Assembly (NCBI GenBank): GCA_032718475.1
Contig: JAUCBJ010009031.1
Span: 80,960 to 144,959, forward strand
Direction: 5' to 3'
Length of the DNA stretch: 64,000 nucleotides
From: Nemertoderma westbladi
Lineage: Eukaryota; Animalia; Xenacoelomorpha
The notes below the pieces were generated by a model. That model was not told the DNA's origin, ran no database searches, and saw only the letters and a list, made by a program, of their open reading frames with translations. How positions within the stretch are numbered: the first letter of the stretch is position 1; the number at the start of each line of letters is the position of its first letter. A program made the position numbers and the translations under genes. Shown here piece by piece: positions 37,009 through 47,850 of this stretch.

Positions 37009-38880
37009 TTAGTCTTTCTTGCGCGGACGGCGTTTACGCAGTTTTTTAAAGCTGGCCAGAGTCTTTTTCTCTTTGGGGCGAGCCACTTTACAAGGAGGGC
37101 TATAACTCCTGGGTGAAGGGTGCAATATGATTGCATCAGAGGGTGTAGGATTATGGTCGGTGTATCCGCCGGTCGAAGTGCCGGGTTGATTGACATCAAC
37201 GTCGGGGGAGAGGGGTCTAACGGCCTTTAGAGCGCGTTTTAGGACGGCCGCTCTTACGGGTCCTTTACGAGTGGTCTGAACGAGAGCCGTGGGTGGACCA
37301 TAGGCAGTCAGGAACTTCCTGGGTTTAATGGTTCTTTCCAACTCACGTTCGCGGGCTCGGTATTTGTAAGGCCATCGATATACTTCCTGTAACTCGGGGT
37401 GTGAGTTAACAAATAAGTCTCCATAGTCCGGATCCTGACGGATAAAATTGATTAAGTTATAGGAATGAAGGTCGCTAGGATTAACACTCCTGAGAAATTT
37501 GCGTACGAATTTGGTTGAAATACATTCTCCGACGCGCTTCAGTAGTTCGTAACTCGATATGCGTGATTTCTGTTCGACAGAAGCGAATAGATAAGGATGG
37601 AACGCATAAACTCCTTCGTAAGCGCGTCCAGGATAATAGCGATGGCGCAAATCACAATGTAAATCAGCGTTCGCTTCCCAAGCTCTGATGTAACGTAGTG
37701 TGATCATTTCATCTACGCTTTCCAAATCGTGATTAAAAGGGCAATCGAAACTGGCGTGTCCCTTTAGTTGACAATGGTGACATTGAGTCATAAATTGAGG
37801 GCAAACCGCAAAAATATGCAAGTTATTGAGTGTGCAATATGCGCAATAAATTTCCATCGCCGGTTGTTCTTGGAAATAGGAACAGCGGACGTTTGTGTCC
37901 ATGGGCGTAACATGGTCTCTCGATGAGCACAACCGACAACGTTGCCGAGAAACATAGTTGGCATGGTGATAATCGTACGCAGTGAGACACTGTGGACCTT
38001 GATACCATTCTAGGATGTAATCGTTGTCGCTGTTCCGGGGCGCGATAGGCTGAATCTCCTCAGATTCTAGGCATATTGGTTCGTCTTCCCAGTGCATAGC
38101 TGAGGTGGGCGTGTCTGTCTCTTCAAGTGGACCTATTGTCTGAATTTCCACGACAGAATAACCTGTGGGGATTCGAGGTCTTTGTATAACAGAGGAGTGC
38201 AAGTTCGATATACAAATCTCTTTGAAAATGGCAAATCCAGCGCTATCTAACTTCTCTGCAGCTGAGTTTCTTAGGCTGAGCTTGGTCAAAGCGCGGTCTT
38301 TAAATTGGCTATCCACGTTGCGGAACGGGGTTAAAAATTGCTGGAAACATTCGAAGCGGATGAATTTATTATGTTCATCTAGCTTAGCGAGTTTGGTCCC
38401 AAGTATTAATGGATGGGCGCATATAGTACGACTGCACACATTGGCTAGCCAACCGGAAAGTGCGGTGTTTTCAAAGATCGTGTAGATAGCTAAGGAGGGA
38501 CGGAGTGGAACACTCATGAAGCTATACACGGCGCCAGGTGCGGTCAATGGTCCGTCAAAGTATAATCGAGAATAATGGTCTCCGTATACTTGTTGATAGT
38601 TGATGGGATTTCCGACTTTGAAATTCCATCCGTATTCCTGAAAGGCAAGATGTCCGATGGAAGTTCGTTGCACCTTTGTAATGTTGCTGGACGTATTAGC
38701 ATACATGGTGCGGAAGAAACCTCGACCTTCTGCCCAGGGAGCAATCAGCTGCGTATCCACGAAAGGATATGGGATATTTTCCATATTCCGAAAGTCGTTT
38801 TGGAGATCTCCATAAACAGCTGAGCCGATTTTAAGGATTCTTTCGTTGAACAACATCTCGAGTACGGGCTGGGGTAACAT
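37009..38880 (-). CDS. BEL-2 accessory protein, C-terminal part: exonuclease motifs II/III, zinc-knuckle module, basic tail
   Basis: LPQPVLEMLFNERILKIGSAVYGD, FVDTQ, TSIGHLA, YTIFE; CRLC..H..C, CAYCTLNNLHIFAVCP, CHHCQLKGHASFDC; tail KKLRKRRPRKKD. Confidence 0.8.
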   Translation of the reverse strand: MLPQPVLEMLFNERILKIGSAVYGDLQNDFRNMENIPYPFVDTQLIAPWAEGRGFFRTMYANTSSNITKVQRTSIGHLAFQEYGWNFKVGNPINYQQVYGDHYSRLYFDGPLTAPGAVYSFMSVPLRPSLAIYTIFENTALSGWLANVCSRTICAHPLILGTKLAKLDEHNKFIRFECFQQFLTPFRNVDSQFKDRALTKLSLRNSAAEKLDSAGFAIFKEICISNLHSSVIQRPRIPTGYSVVEIQTIGPLEETDTPTSAMHWEDEPICLESEEIQPIAPRNSDNDYILEWYQGPQCLTAYDYHHANYVSRQRCRLCSSRDHVTPMDTNVRCSYFQEQPAMEIYCAYCTLNNLHIFAVCPQFMTQCHHCQLKGHASFDCPFNHDLESVDEMITLRYIRAWEANADLHCDLRHRYYPGRAYEGVYAFHPYLFASVEQKSRISSYELLKRVGECISTKFVRKFLRSVNPSDLHSYNLINFIRQDPDYGDLFVNSHPELQEVYRWPYKYRARERELERTIKPRKFLTAYGPPTALVQTTRKGPVRAAVLKRALKAVRPLSPDVDVNQPGTSTGGYTDHNPTPSDAIILHPSPRSYSPPCKVARPKEKKTLASFKKLRKRRPRKKD

Positions 38881-41261
38881 GATCCATCGATACCCATGGC
38901 CGGTTTGCGTTCGGTGTCAATGACGTAACGCTGCGCGAGTTCGAATTGTCCATGTCGGAGATTCTTTTGCATTTCGGTGAGAGTTTCAAAGGAATAATCA
39001 ATCACGTCGGAACACGCTCGAGTAAACACGTGGGTAGAACCAGCTAATCCGCGTATGTGGATCATGCGCGTAGTTCCTAGTTCTCCGACCGTAACGCTAC
39101 CTTCATTATCGTAGGTGACAACTCCATACATCTCAATGACATTAAGAGTTTCATTCCACTCTTTGGTGGCGTTCTCTAGGGTCATCCCTACTGGATGCCA
39201 CAAGGTGGCGCATTGGTTAGCGTCAGGGAGATCACTATACTTCATGTGCCGAGTGGTATACGTCTCCACATTTCCATATCTTTGTATTTTCTCTTCTTCA
39301 AATAATACATCTAGATTCCAATGGACTAATCGAGTTTTAATAAATCCATCGAGATTATAAGGAGGTTCTATATCCTTCTCGATTCGAGAAATGTTATATG
39401 GTTTTCTGAATGAGTTTACCTTTACTAACTGATCCAGATGTTTCTGCAATTGTTCGAGTTCGACAACGTCTAGAGGATTTATTAGTGGTAGAAACTTTAA
39501 ATTATGCGTCGGGTCTTCTGGTTTTACCATATAATATTGAGTCAGATTAACGTAATAAGGGTGGTCTTTAATCCCATAAAACGAGTTCTGTAAAGGTCTA
39601 GCGCGTATGTTGACATCGTGTACCATACGACGGACAAGATCCGCTCGATTGTCCGGAGGTTCAACGAGTATACCGTCAACACGAGCAGCCTCGATTGGCG
39701 GACGCTGTAACATAGGGGCGTCAGCGATAAGATTTTGCGATCCTGTACTGATATCAACCGGTTGGGGTTGTATCGTCGCGAAGAGTTTGTCTCCGAAATG
39801 TGGAACCATCGAGGGATGACGGACGGTTTTAGAGTAGAGATCTGTCATAAGGATTTGAGCTTCAGGTTGGGCTAAAGCGGCTTCTTCTCTCTCGTCCAAT
39901 TTTGTGTGTTTCTCCTCGAGTAGATTTTCCTCCGCTTGTCTCTGTAAGCGTTCATCTAGAAACTCTTGTAGAGAATACGTGCGTCCAAGCTCGATGTCCT
40001 CCTCGAGGTTTTGGATTTCTCTATCGAACTGTGGCAAGGCTAACTCCTTCACCGATTGGAGTTGTTGTTGTAATTTACGTTTCTCTAAACAATCTTGTGT
40101 TCCCTTTCCGATCTTCTGTCGAATAGCGTCTAAAGCGTTTCTTATAACGCTCTCCTCGACTTCCGTGGTGGGTTGCATCGGGTTTAATCCTGGACGATTG
40201 TAAGGATCAAATGGTGATATTAGATGCCCGCGTCCCAATCCGGCTAAGTAGGATGGGCGAATGTCTAACGAACCCACTACCGGAGCACCACCGATTAATT
40301 GTTCGGGTAACACTAAATCTTTGAACAGGGAATATAGTTCGGGAGGATCAGTGATACTGTTAGGATCAAGAGTTTGAGGTCTCACTAGGGAATGAGGAGG
40401 CCTGACCGAGTATTCCGGAACTCTGATCATAGGTTTATTTAGTGATCGTTTAAGACGAGCGATCGTAGGTGATACGTCGAACAGGTTTCGCTCGAAACTC
40501 CCGTAAGTATAACGCGTAAAGCTGTGTTTAGCGCAACGTCTCCGCGGATGTTTATGTCTTTCAGTTTGTTGGTTGGGTCTAGGGCATTCGTCACAATAAT
40601 ACCAAAGACGTACGTCCTGTAGAGGAAACGCGGGTGATTGTTCTCCAGTTTTGCAATATTCTTCCATTTGTTCAAAACTATCCGGGATAACAGGTAGTGG
40701 ACGATCGGCGGTAAGATACATCATAGTGAAATAGAGCCGTTTGAGTTCTACCATAGGGTCATGATGTATACCTTGAGGATATCGAGTCTCTAGGTTCTGC
40801 TGACTGGCGATGTTGAGATAGGTTTCTCTCAAAAATTCCAGGTAGTCGTTGAAGTCGATGCGTTTATCCGGTTCTTCAACGTTTTCTGTTTCCAGTCTGT
40901 TACGAATAGAATTTTCGTGTTCTATTCTCGGTTTATCGTTACGACTCCGCTGGGTATGATATTTAAATAGAACCATTTCCCTTTCGGTGTCTACATCGTC
41001 CGTATCATGTAAATTGATAGGATGGCCGGTAGTTAAGAAGTCCATATACGTACCATTACGATGCGTATAGCAAGCGGTGAATTTTCGATAGTCCAATTCA
41101 CGCGTAAGTTGCTCTTGGGACATCGGCGGTTCGATATAACGACCATCGTCCTCCGTAATGGTTGGATCGGCTTCACCGCGTATCAAGCTATCCACAAATG
41201 CTTGTAAAGGTAGAGTATATCGCTCCCTGATACCAAGATCATCTTCTATCAACTCCGTCAT
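38745..41261 (-). CDS. BEL-2 accessory protein, N-terminal part (unknown domain, Cys/His motif, coiled coil, ExoI motif); frameshifted into 37009-38880
   Basis: 838-aa ORF; VVTYDNEG at about 39102-39113; overlaps the next ORF in the -1 frame near 38885-38920. Confidence 0.75.
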   Translation of the reverse strand: MTELIEDDLGIRERYTLPLQAFVDSLIRGEADPTITEDDGRYIEPPMSQEQLTRELDYRKFTACYTHRNGTYMDFLTTGHPINLHDTDDVDTEREMVLFKYHTQRSRNDKPRIEHENSIRNRLETENVEEPDKRIDFNDYLEFLRETYLNIASQQNLETRYPQGIHHDPMVELKRLYFTMMYLTADRPLPVIPDSFEQMEEYCKTGEQSPAFPLQDVRLWYYCDECPRPNQQTERHKHPRRRCAKHSFTRYTYGSFERNLFDVSPTIARLKRSLNKPMIRVPEYSVRPPHSLVRPQTLDPNSITDPPELYSLFKDLVLPEQLIGGAPVVGSLDIRPSYLAGLGRGHLISPFDPYNRPGLNPMQPTTEVEESVIRNALDAIRQKIGKGTQDCLEKRKLQQQLQSVKELALPQFDREIQNLEEDIELGRTYSLQEFLDERLQRQAEENLLEEKHTKLDEREEAALAQPEAQILMTDLYSKTVRHPSMVPHFGDKLFATIQPQPVDISTGSQNLIADAPMLQRPPIEAARVDGILVEPPDNRADLVRRMVHDVNIRARPLQNSFYGIKDHPYYVNLTQYYMVKPEDPTHNLKFLPLINPLDVVELEQLQKHLDQLVKVNSFRKPYNISRIEKDIEPPYNLDGFIKTRLVHWNLDVLFEEEKIQRYGNVETYTTRHMKYSDLPDANQCATLWHPVGMTLENATKEWNETLNVIEMYGVVTYDNEGSVTVGELGTTRMIHIRGLAGSTHVFTRACSDVIDYSFETLTEMQKNLRHGQFELAQRYVIDTERKPAMGIDGSCYPSPYSRCCSTKESLKSAQLFMEISKTTFGIWKISHILSWIRS

Positions 41262-42863
41262 ATCTGCTATCTGAGTTTATTAATATTGTAATGAGTTTAT
41301 GTTTAGGCGAGCGGGCGTCGCTGCCTACCTCTCTTTGCCCCCGGACAGTGGGATTCTCAGCGCCGATGTACCGTCGTCGCAGTGTTTACGCCAACATGTA
41401 GCAACAGCACGACAACGATAACCGGCACAAGTCACTCCACTGTCCGTCCCAAAGGCTTGGATCCACTTTAGGTTCTTTCTATAGGAGAGTTGGGCTACTT
41501 TCACAATTGCGACTAGCTACTGTAAACATACTTTAGCAGTAACATTCACCTATAAACGCACAAATTCCACACAACTGTCACCAATTGTACACATACAGGC
41601 CATTTGTCCGTTAGTCAGTGCCTTCCAGAATGTCACGTTATTACTGTGTATCCTTGGATACTAACAGTGTGCTATGTATTCTCTATGCTATGCAATGGGA
41701 CAAGCTTTCTATTGTTCTTTTAACTTGCTTCTAATTCTAGCGTGGGTGTTGCTATGGTGACATTATGGAAAGCTAGCGGTAGAATTAGGGTAATTCTCAT
41801 GCATACAGATCTGGAATGCTATTTAATAGTAATTCTTTAATTGTCAATATCCTCTTTATACATGATTTTATTAATTTTATCGGCTATTGACTATATGTCG
41901 GAGATTCTCGCACTCTAATACACTCAATAGGATGAATCTCCGCTCCCATGATCTATTAATTAATGGAATTTTGGGAATGTTATAAATTGCACAAAATGAC
42001 AATTTATGAAATTCATTTAAGATATGAATTTAAATTTATTCCCGTGAATTTTATTATTTGATGGTAAAATTGACACAATTTTATTCCAGAGCATGTCTGG
42101 GGACCTAGGATCCTTAATTCTATAAAATTGTCTTTTAAGGGTATCGGTAAGTGCTACGATATCTTAATTGACTAGAAATTTTAAAGGATCGGAATTTTAT
42201 AGATTTTAATAAATATTAAATTAATATTTAAAATTGGCACCGATTTATTCCAGAACTTGTCTGGGGACGTTAACCACTGATTCTAGAATTTGTCTTTCAA
42301 GTATATCGGTGGGTGCCGCGATATCTTAATCGACTAAAATTACAGATGGTCAAAAGGTTTAACAGATTTATTTTCGTTTTACGCTACTGTTATAGGGACA
42401 TCACGCTACTATATGTATTATTTAATATAAAGTAGAAGAGCAATATCGCACGAAGCAATGTCAGTGTGAAGAGGCAAGTCGTTTCCAAGGTCTACCCAGA
42501 GCTTGGTTTAGCCGAGACACGAGGATCTGAACTTTGCATTCCTAATACTCTGCCTACCAATAATACTTAAATATAGTAGGAGCTTTATTGTACTTTAATA
42601 AGTACTGACATGTCATCTTACATGTAGTCTCGTATTTATAATATAATACGGACAGTAAGGAAAAAGAAAGAATTATTTCTCGCCGTCATATTAAATATAT
42701 ATTATGTGTAATTACGTAATAAACACTAATATATTGCACTAACCTACTAAATAATCTAAAATAACATTCTACTAAATAAAATTAAATAAAACGATTATAA
42801 TAAAGTAAAAAAATATAATAAAAATAGATAGAATAATATAGTCATGCACCCACTCCAGACGTA

Positions 42864-44243
42864 TCACGTTGGGGAGTCCCTAGATGTTTGAGGAATTAGG
42901 GAGGTGGTCGTGGGAAGAGTGTCTTGCCTTCCATAGTTTCCGGAGAGTTCTCGGTCTCTTTCCAGTAAACATAAACGACCAACTGGGTGGTTAAGCTGTT
43001 GCGTCTCAAAGATTATGCCTGGCTTCTTGAAGTTACGCCGCATGACGACGAGTTCTACCGAGCGTACTAAACCATCATCCGAGATGTGAGTCTCGATGAT
43101 ACGACCTGTCTGCCACCGCTTACGTGGAAGGTCTGAATCTACAATAAGCACCATATCTCCGGCGCTGACGTTTTCTTGCTGCGCAAACCACTTAGTTCGA
43201 AGTTGTAGCGTGGGCAGATAATGTTTCTCGAAATGGTCAGCGAAACGACGGGATAGCAACTGCATAAGTTGCCAAGTTCGACGGCAGTATTCGTCTCCTT
43301 CGGTAATCTCCGATCGTGGGAGCATGGCTACAGGTTTCTTCAGTAGGAAGTGCGCGGGTGTTAGCGCTTCCAGGGAATCGGGACTCGATGAGACTGGCAT
43401 AAGCGGTCTCTCGTTGAGATAGGCAGCTATTTCCTCCATTAACGTCCGCAAAAGTTCGTCGGTGAGATACGCGCGGCATGGCACTATAAAGTGAAATGCG
43501 GTCTTGACACTTCTAATTAATCTCTCCCAACTTCCTCCCCACCAAGGGGCGTCGGCGGCGTTGAAGGTCCAGCTAGACGCTGTTATCCTTAGCTGATCGT
43601 CCACCTGTCTTTGGTTCCAGTCCTTCACGTAAGCCTGGATTTCGTTGTTGGCACCAATGAAGTTCGTTCCCTTATCCGATCTCATGGTATTACTAGTCCC
43701 GAAGCGAGCGATCTGTCGGCGTAAACTTAAGACGAAGCTGTTGGTAGATAGATCGTTCACCATATCGAGATGGATGGCTCTACAAGTCATGCTTACGAAG
43801 ATGACACACCATCTCTTGACTATAGTCCTAGCACGATATACTTCAATAGGGCCAAATAAATCTACACCAGTATTAGTAAAAGGTGGTTCATAGAAGCTTA
43901 CTCGTTCCCTAGGTAATTCTGCCTCTCGCTGTGTTAAAGGCCTACTGAATGCTTTCCTACAGGGTATGCAGTTCCTAAGAACTTGGTTCAGAGCTCTACG
44001 GGGTTTATAAAAATAATAGCGAGTTCGGATTTCGCTAAGAACTCGTTCACTACCAGCATGATAAAGTTTACTGTGAACATCTACAATCATCTTGATTTGT
44101 ACTTCAAGATTTCTAATGAGTATGGGGAATTTAGTGTCAAAGGATAACGGCGCATTGGTGAGTCTTCCTCCAACACGTATTAACCCATCTATCATTGTGC
44201 TAGAGAAGCGATCCCTTAAGCGCATCTGCGGATTTCTCAACAA
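42864..44243 (-). CDS. BEL-2 integrase (same frame as the upstream ORF, separated by one stop)
   Basis: GLIRVGGRL, H..LYHAG...CIPC, GVDLFGP, SDKGTNF, GGSWERLIRSVK, LTPAHFL. Confidence 0.93.
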   Translation of the reverse strand: MLRNPQMRLRDRFSSTMIDGLIRVGGRLTNAPLSFDTKFPILIRNLEVQIKMIVDVHSKLYHAGSERVLSEIRTRYYFYKPRRALNQVLRNCIPCRKAFSRPLTQREAELPRERVSFYEPPFTNTGVDLFGPIEVYRARTIVKRWCVIFVSMTCRAIHLDMVNDLSTNSFVLSLRRQIARFGTSNTMRSDKGTNFIGANNEIQAYVKDWNQRQVDDQLRITASSWTFNAADAPWWGGSWERLIRSVKTAFHFIVPCRAYLTDELLRTLMEEIAAYLNERPLMPVSSSPDSLEALTPAHFLLKKPVAMLPRSEITEGDEYCRRTWQLMQLLSRRFADHFEKHYLPTLQLRTKWFAQQENVSAGDMVLIVDSDLPRKRWQTGRIIETHISDDGLVRSVELVVMRRNFKKPGIIFETQQLNHPVGRLCLLERDRELSGNYGRQDTLPTTTSLIPQTSRDSPT

Positions 44244-44252
44244 CAGGAAATA

Positions 44253-46088
44253 CTAATCGGAATCCTCATAGCATTGCAGGAGTCTCAGTATCTGCTTATT
44301 GGTTTCTTCATGCTCCTGGTAACTGATTTTCTCCTTTAGAAACCGGTCAGATGTCTTATATTTGGGTAAATTTTTAATAACATGAACTTGCGCAGATGTC
44401 AATGGAGCGGTATCACTAATGGTCTTCGTCCTGGAGTAGTGATGATGAAAACATCTCCTTAAATATGTGACGGCTTTACAGAGCCGATTCCAGGAACTGT
44501 AGTGATGCATTGCTCTCTGCAGCAGGGGTGAGATTCCTTGCGAGACGTCTGGTATTCCAGATTTCCAATCTCTATCTCTAATTTCCACAACAGACTTATT
44601 TGTGGCGAGGGATTGTAGATCCGAAGCATCATTTCCGGAAGTATGTAATACAGATAGATCGATCGTCGGTTTAAATAACTTCGATTTACTCGCCCGGGTT
44701 TTAGGTTTGACTTTCTCCGCTCCCTTGGCTTGTCTAATCTCCGCCGTAGTAAGGTGAGGAGGCCATTCATCCTCTTCCTTACTCAGGAAGTCGGGTCCAC
44801 CCAACCAGTCTGGAGTATCTATCAGTTCCTGTTGAGTTGCTCCCCTGGAGGCGATATCGGCTGGATTAATCGTACCAGGGCAATGTCTCCATTGATCTAT
44901 CTTTGTGCGACTAAGAATAATAGCTACCCTGTTAGTAACAAAAACGCTGATCTGACAGTATTCATTGGTTATATATTCCAACACGAGTAAAGCGTCGGTC
45001 CAATAAACAGTTTTCTGCAGTGGATAGTCGATTTGTTCTGTTACGTTCCGGCCGATGGCTGTAGCGTATAAAGCCGCTTTTAACTCCGCTCGAGGAACCT
45101 TTAACTTGTTGTTAATCAATGCCTTAGAGGTAACCAAGGCGACTTTGATTCCATCCGGAGTTTCGACTCGCAGATATGCTACTATACCTATTCCCATGTC
45201 GCTGGCTCCACCCTTTGGTAAAGTAGAGACTACGGCTCCAATAACCATGGAACTCTGATATTCATGAGACTTACCTAACCAGTCCAATTGTCTACAGATC
45301 TCCTGAATCTCATCGGAAAACTCTATAATCCCGCTACTAAGGAAGTTTCGGGGGGCTACTAATTTTGCATACAAATACTTAGCTATGTTATCCTTGTTAC
45401 CATACCTGGTGTTTAATGTATCCCAAACTTGTCTTAATCCATCTGGATGTCCAATGAACTTTAACGCCATTAACTTGGGAGGTCCTTCCAAGCACTTGAT
45501 GAGGAATCTAAGTTTCTCACCGTTAGATAGTACAGAGTTCTGTATACTATCTTTGTAATATTCATTGAAAGGTAACCATTTCATCTCATCTCCATTGAAT
45601 TTGACGATCTCTCGCACTTTGACCGCTTGGAGGGCTTCTGTTCTAGCCATCTGACGCGTAAAGCTTTCTTGGGCCATCGTGTTATTTAATATCGAATCAT
45701 CGGTATATAAATTTCTCGGATTATTATCAGGTCTATAGGGAATATTATTAACAACAGGTTTATAATCACCCTTAATAGGGTTTGCTATAGGAGTTTCTAC
45801 TTCACTAGCAGTATAGATGCGTGTAGGCTCCACACCTTGCGCATGTAATACTTCAGACCTAACAGGTTGACACAATGTTACGGGGGGTATTGGTATACCC
45901 TTTTGTATATTGACTAATTTGTCGCGTTCTAGCACGATGCTTTGCTGCACTTCTTGCAATTCTACCCTACTTTCCCTTACTGTTCCCTTAAGTTGGTGGA
46001 CAGTCTCCTGCATCTGTCCGAGCAGGAGATTCATCCCCCGCCGTCCCTCCTCTACCCACTCGACCGCCGAAGCGGGAGTCGCCAACAT
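44253..46088 (-). pseudogene. BEL-2 Gag core fused in frame to RNase H (zinc knuckles, protease and RT deleted)
   Basis: Gag KFNGDEMKWLPF...KLRFLIKCLEG...VVSTLPK runs straight into GASDMGIGIVAYLR...VPRAELKAA...YWTDA...NPADIASRG; junction at about 45210. Confidence 0.88.
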
Positions 46089-47850
46089 TGTAGCGGGCCG
46101 ACGCGGACGACGGGAGACAAATCTTTGATTTCTCTCTCAGCGTCCAGGACAGGGATTTTCTCATGGACTGTTCTACCGGGTACAGGCAGTGTAGTACTGT
46201 GTAAAGGGAATTTAGAGTTAAGCTCTGGAAGTACAGGGGTCTCTAGCACAGGAGTGGCTTTGGGAACGACAGGCCTAATTATTTCAGGCTCATCGACTAT
46301 CGTAGGGAGTCTTTTGACCTTAATAATTTGGTCTGTGGGTTCTGTACTACCTAAGTCTGTGCTAGCTAGTTGTCTTCTAACAGCTGGGGGCAAATCAGGC
46401 AATTTGTGACGGTGAGATGTTTTTCTACGCCTGCTTAGACGAGATCTATTTCCTCCGCCTTCAGGATCGGTGGTCTCGCCTTCCTCCGATGATGTGTATC
46501 CCTGGCGTTTGGGAGTAGATCGACTCATCATCTGCATTTGACTGCAGTTAATTGTTTATTTATGTTGTCTTGCGTCTCTTGCAGATTTTCCAACTCCAGT
46601 TGGGTAGTCTCCTCAGACGCTCTCCGTTCTGCTTCTGCCACTGCCTTTGCCGCCTTTCTTTCCGCTTCTGCTTCTGCCATTGCCGCTGCCTTTTGGTCCT
46701 CTATCCGTCTTTTCTTTACTTGTTCTTCTTGGACTCTAGCGAGGTGGAGTTTTTCATCAAATTTAGCTTGGTTTGCAGCTAACATTTCCGCATCGATTGA
46801 GTCCAACACAAGCTTGGCTCCTTCACTATTGGGGCGAAGTCCAACCAGTCGTCTCCTCAACTCTTCATCACCAAAGAAACGTTGATAGTCTGACAGATAG
46901 ATGTCGATGGCGTCTCTCGTTCGCGGTCTCTCTGCTGTCACTTCGCTTTCCACTTGAGAAAGGGTGGCATCGGTTGATTCTTCATAGGTTGGTCGCTCAG
47001 CCAGCTGGGATTTCCACTGGGCCGTTTCTTGAACTTTGAGACCTACCCGCTGGAACCAAGTCTTGACAGCAACTTGCAGTGACGTGTCCTGTCTTCTTTT
47101 GGAAGTTTCCTCAAAGGCTGATAGGATTAGCCTAATGCGTAGGGTTCTTTCGCGTACTTGATAAAGCAGCTCTTCCTGCTCTCGAGGTCCTTTGGGTTGT
47201 AATCGCTCTAAGGAGCCGAAGAATCCCTGCACATATCCTGCTGCCGACCTCTTCCAAACAGCTGGATCCATCGTATCTCTAGTCACTCCCATCCTGTGTA
47301 TGTCTTCCCAGGTAGCTTCGGATAAGTCTAACGGGAATCCGGGTCCGGGAAAGTTCCATTGTGACTCGACAATAGACATCAATTCTTCCCTGGCGTATCC
47401 CGCATAACTATCTTGGGTCGCTCGCTTACTTCTCGCCCAATCTACTTGGTGTTCCTCCACCGCAATCAATATCGTAGTTAGTACTGCGGCAGGAAGAGTG
47501 AGAAGGGGATCCGAATAGGCTGTATCCGCCATCTTCACTCCGCGTTCGGGGGTCAGCTCTACAGTATTCGAACTACTGGAGCTATCGGGTTGCTGGGAAC
47601 GAGTTTCTTGGCTAGGATGTTGCTGCTGTTGGACAGCTGCTTCTTGGTTCCGTTTGACCTGGGCCCGAGTGCCGATGATAGACCTACGGTGTTGGATTAG
47701 CCTAGGGTCTGATACTACTACTGGAGGGATGACCTTTCTTTCAGTAGGAGGTGAGCTGAACCCCTTTCTTAATCGCTCCACACTCCTATCTGTGTCACAG
47801 ATGGTTGTATCGATTAGACTGTCTGACAGGTTTTGCTTTGTGTCAGACAT
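46052..47850 (-). pseudogene. BEL-2 Gag N-terminal region (coiled coil), two frameshifts
   Basis: ORFs 46528-47850 and 46052-46537 overlap each other and the Gag core in shifted frames; E/K/A-rich helix. Confidence 0.65.
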
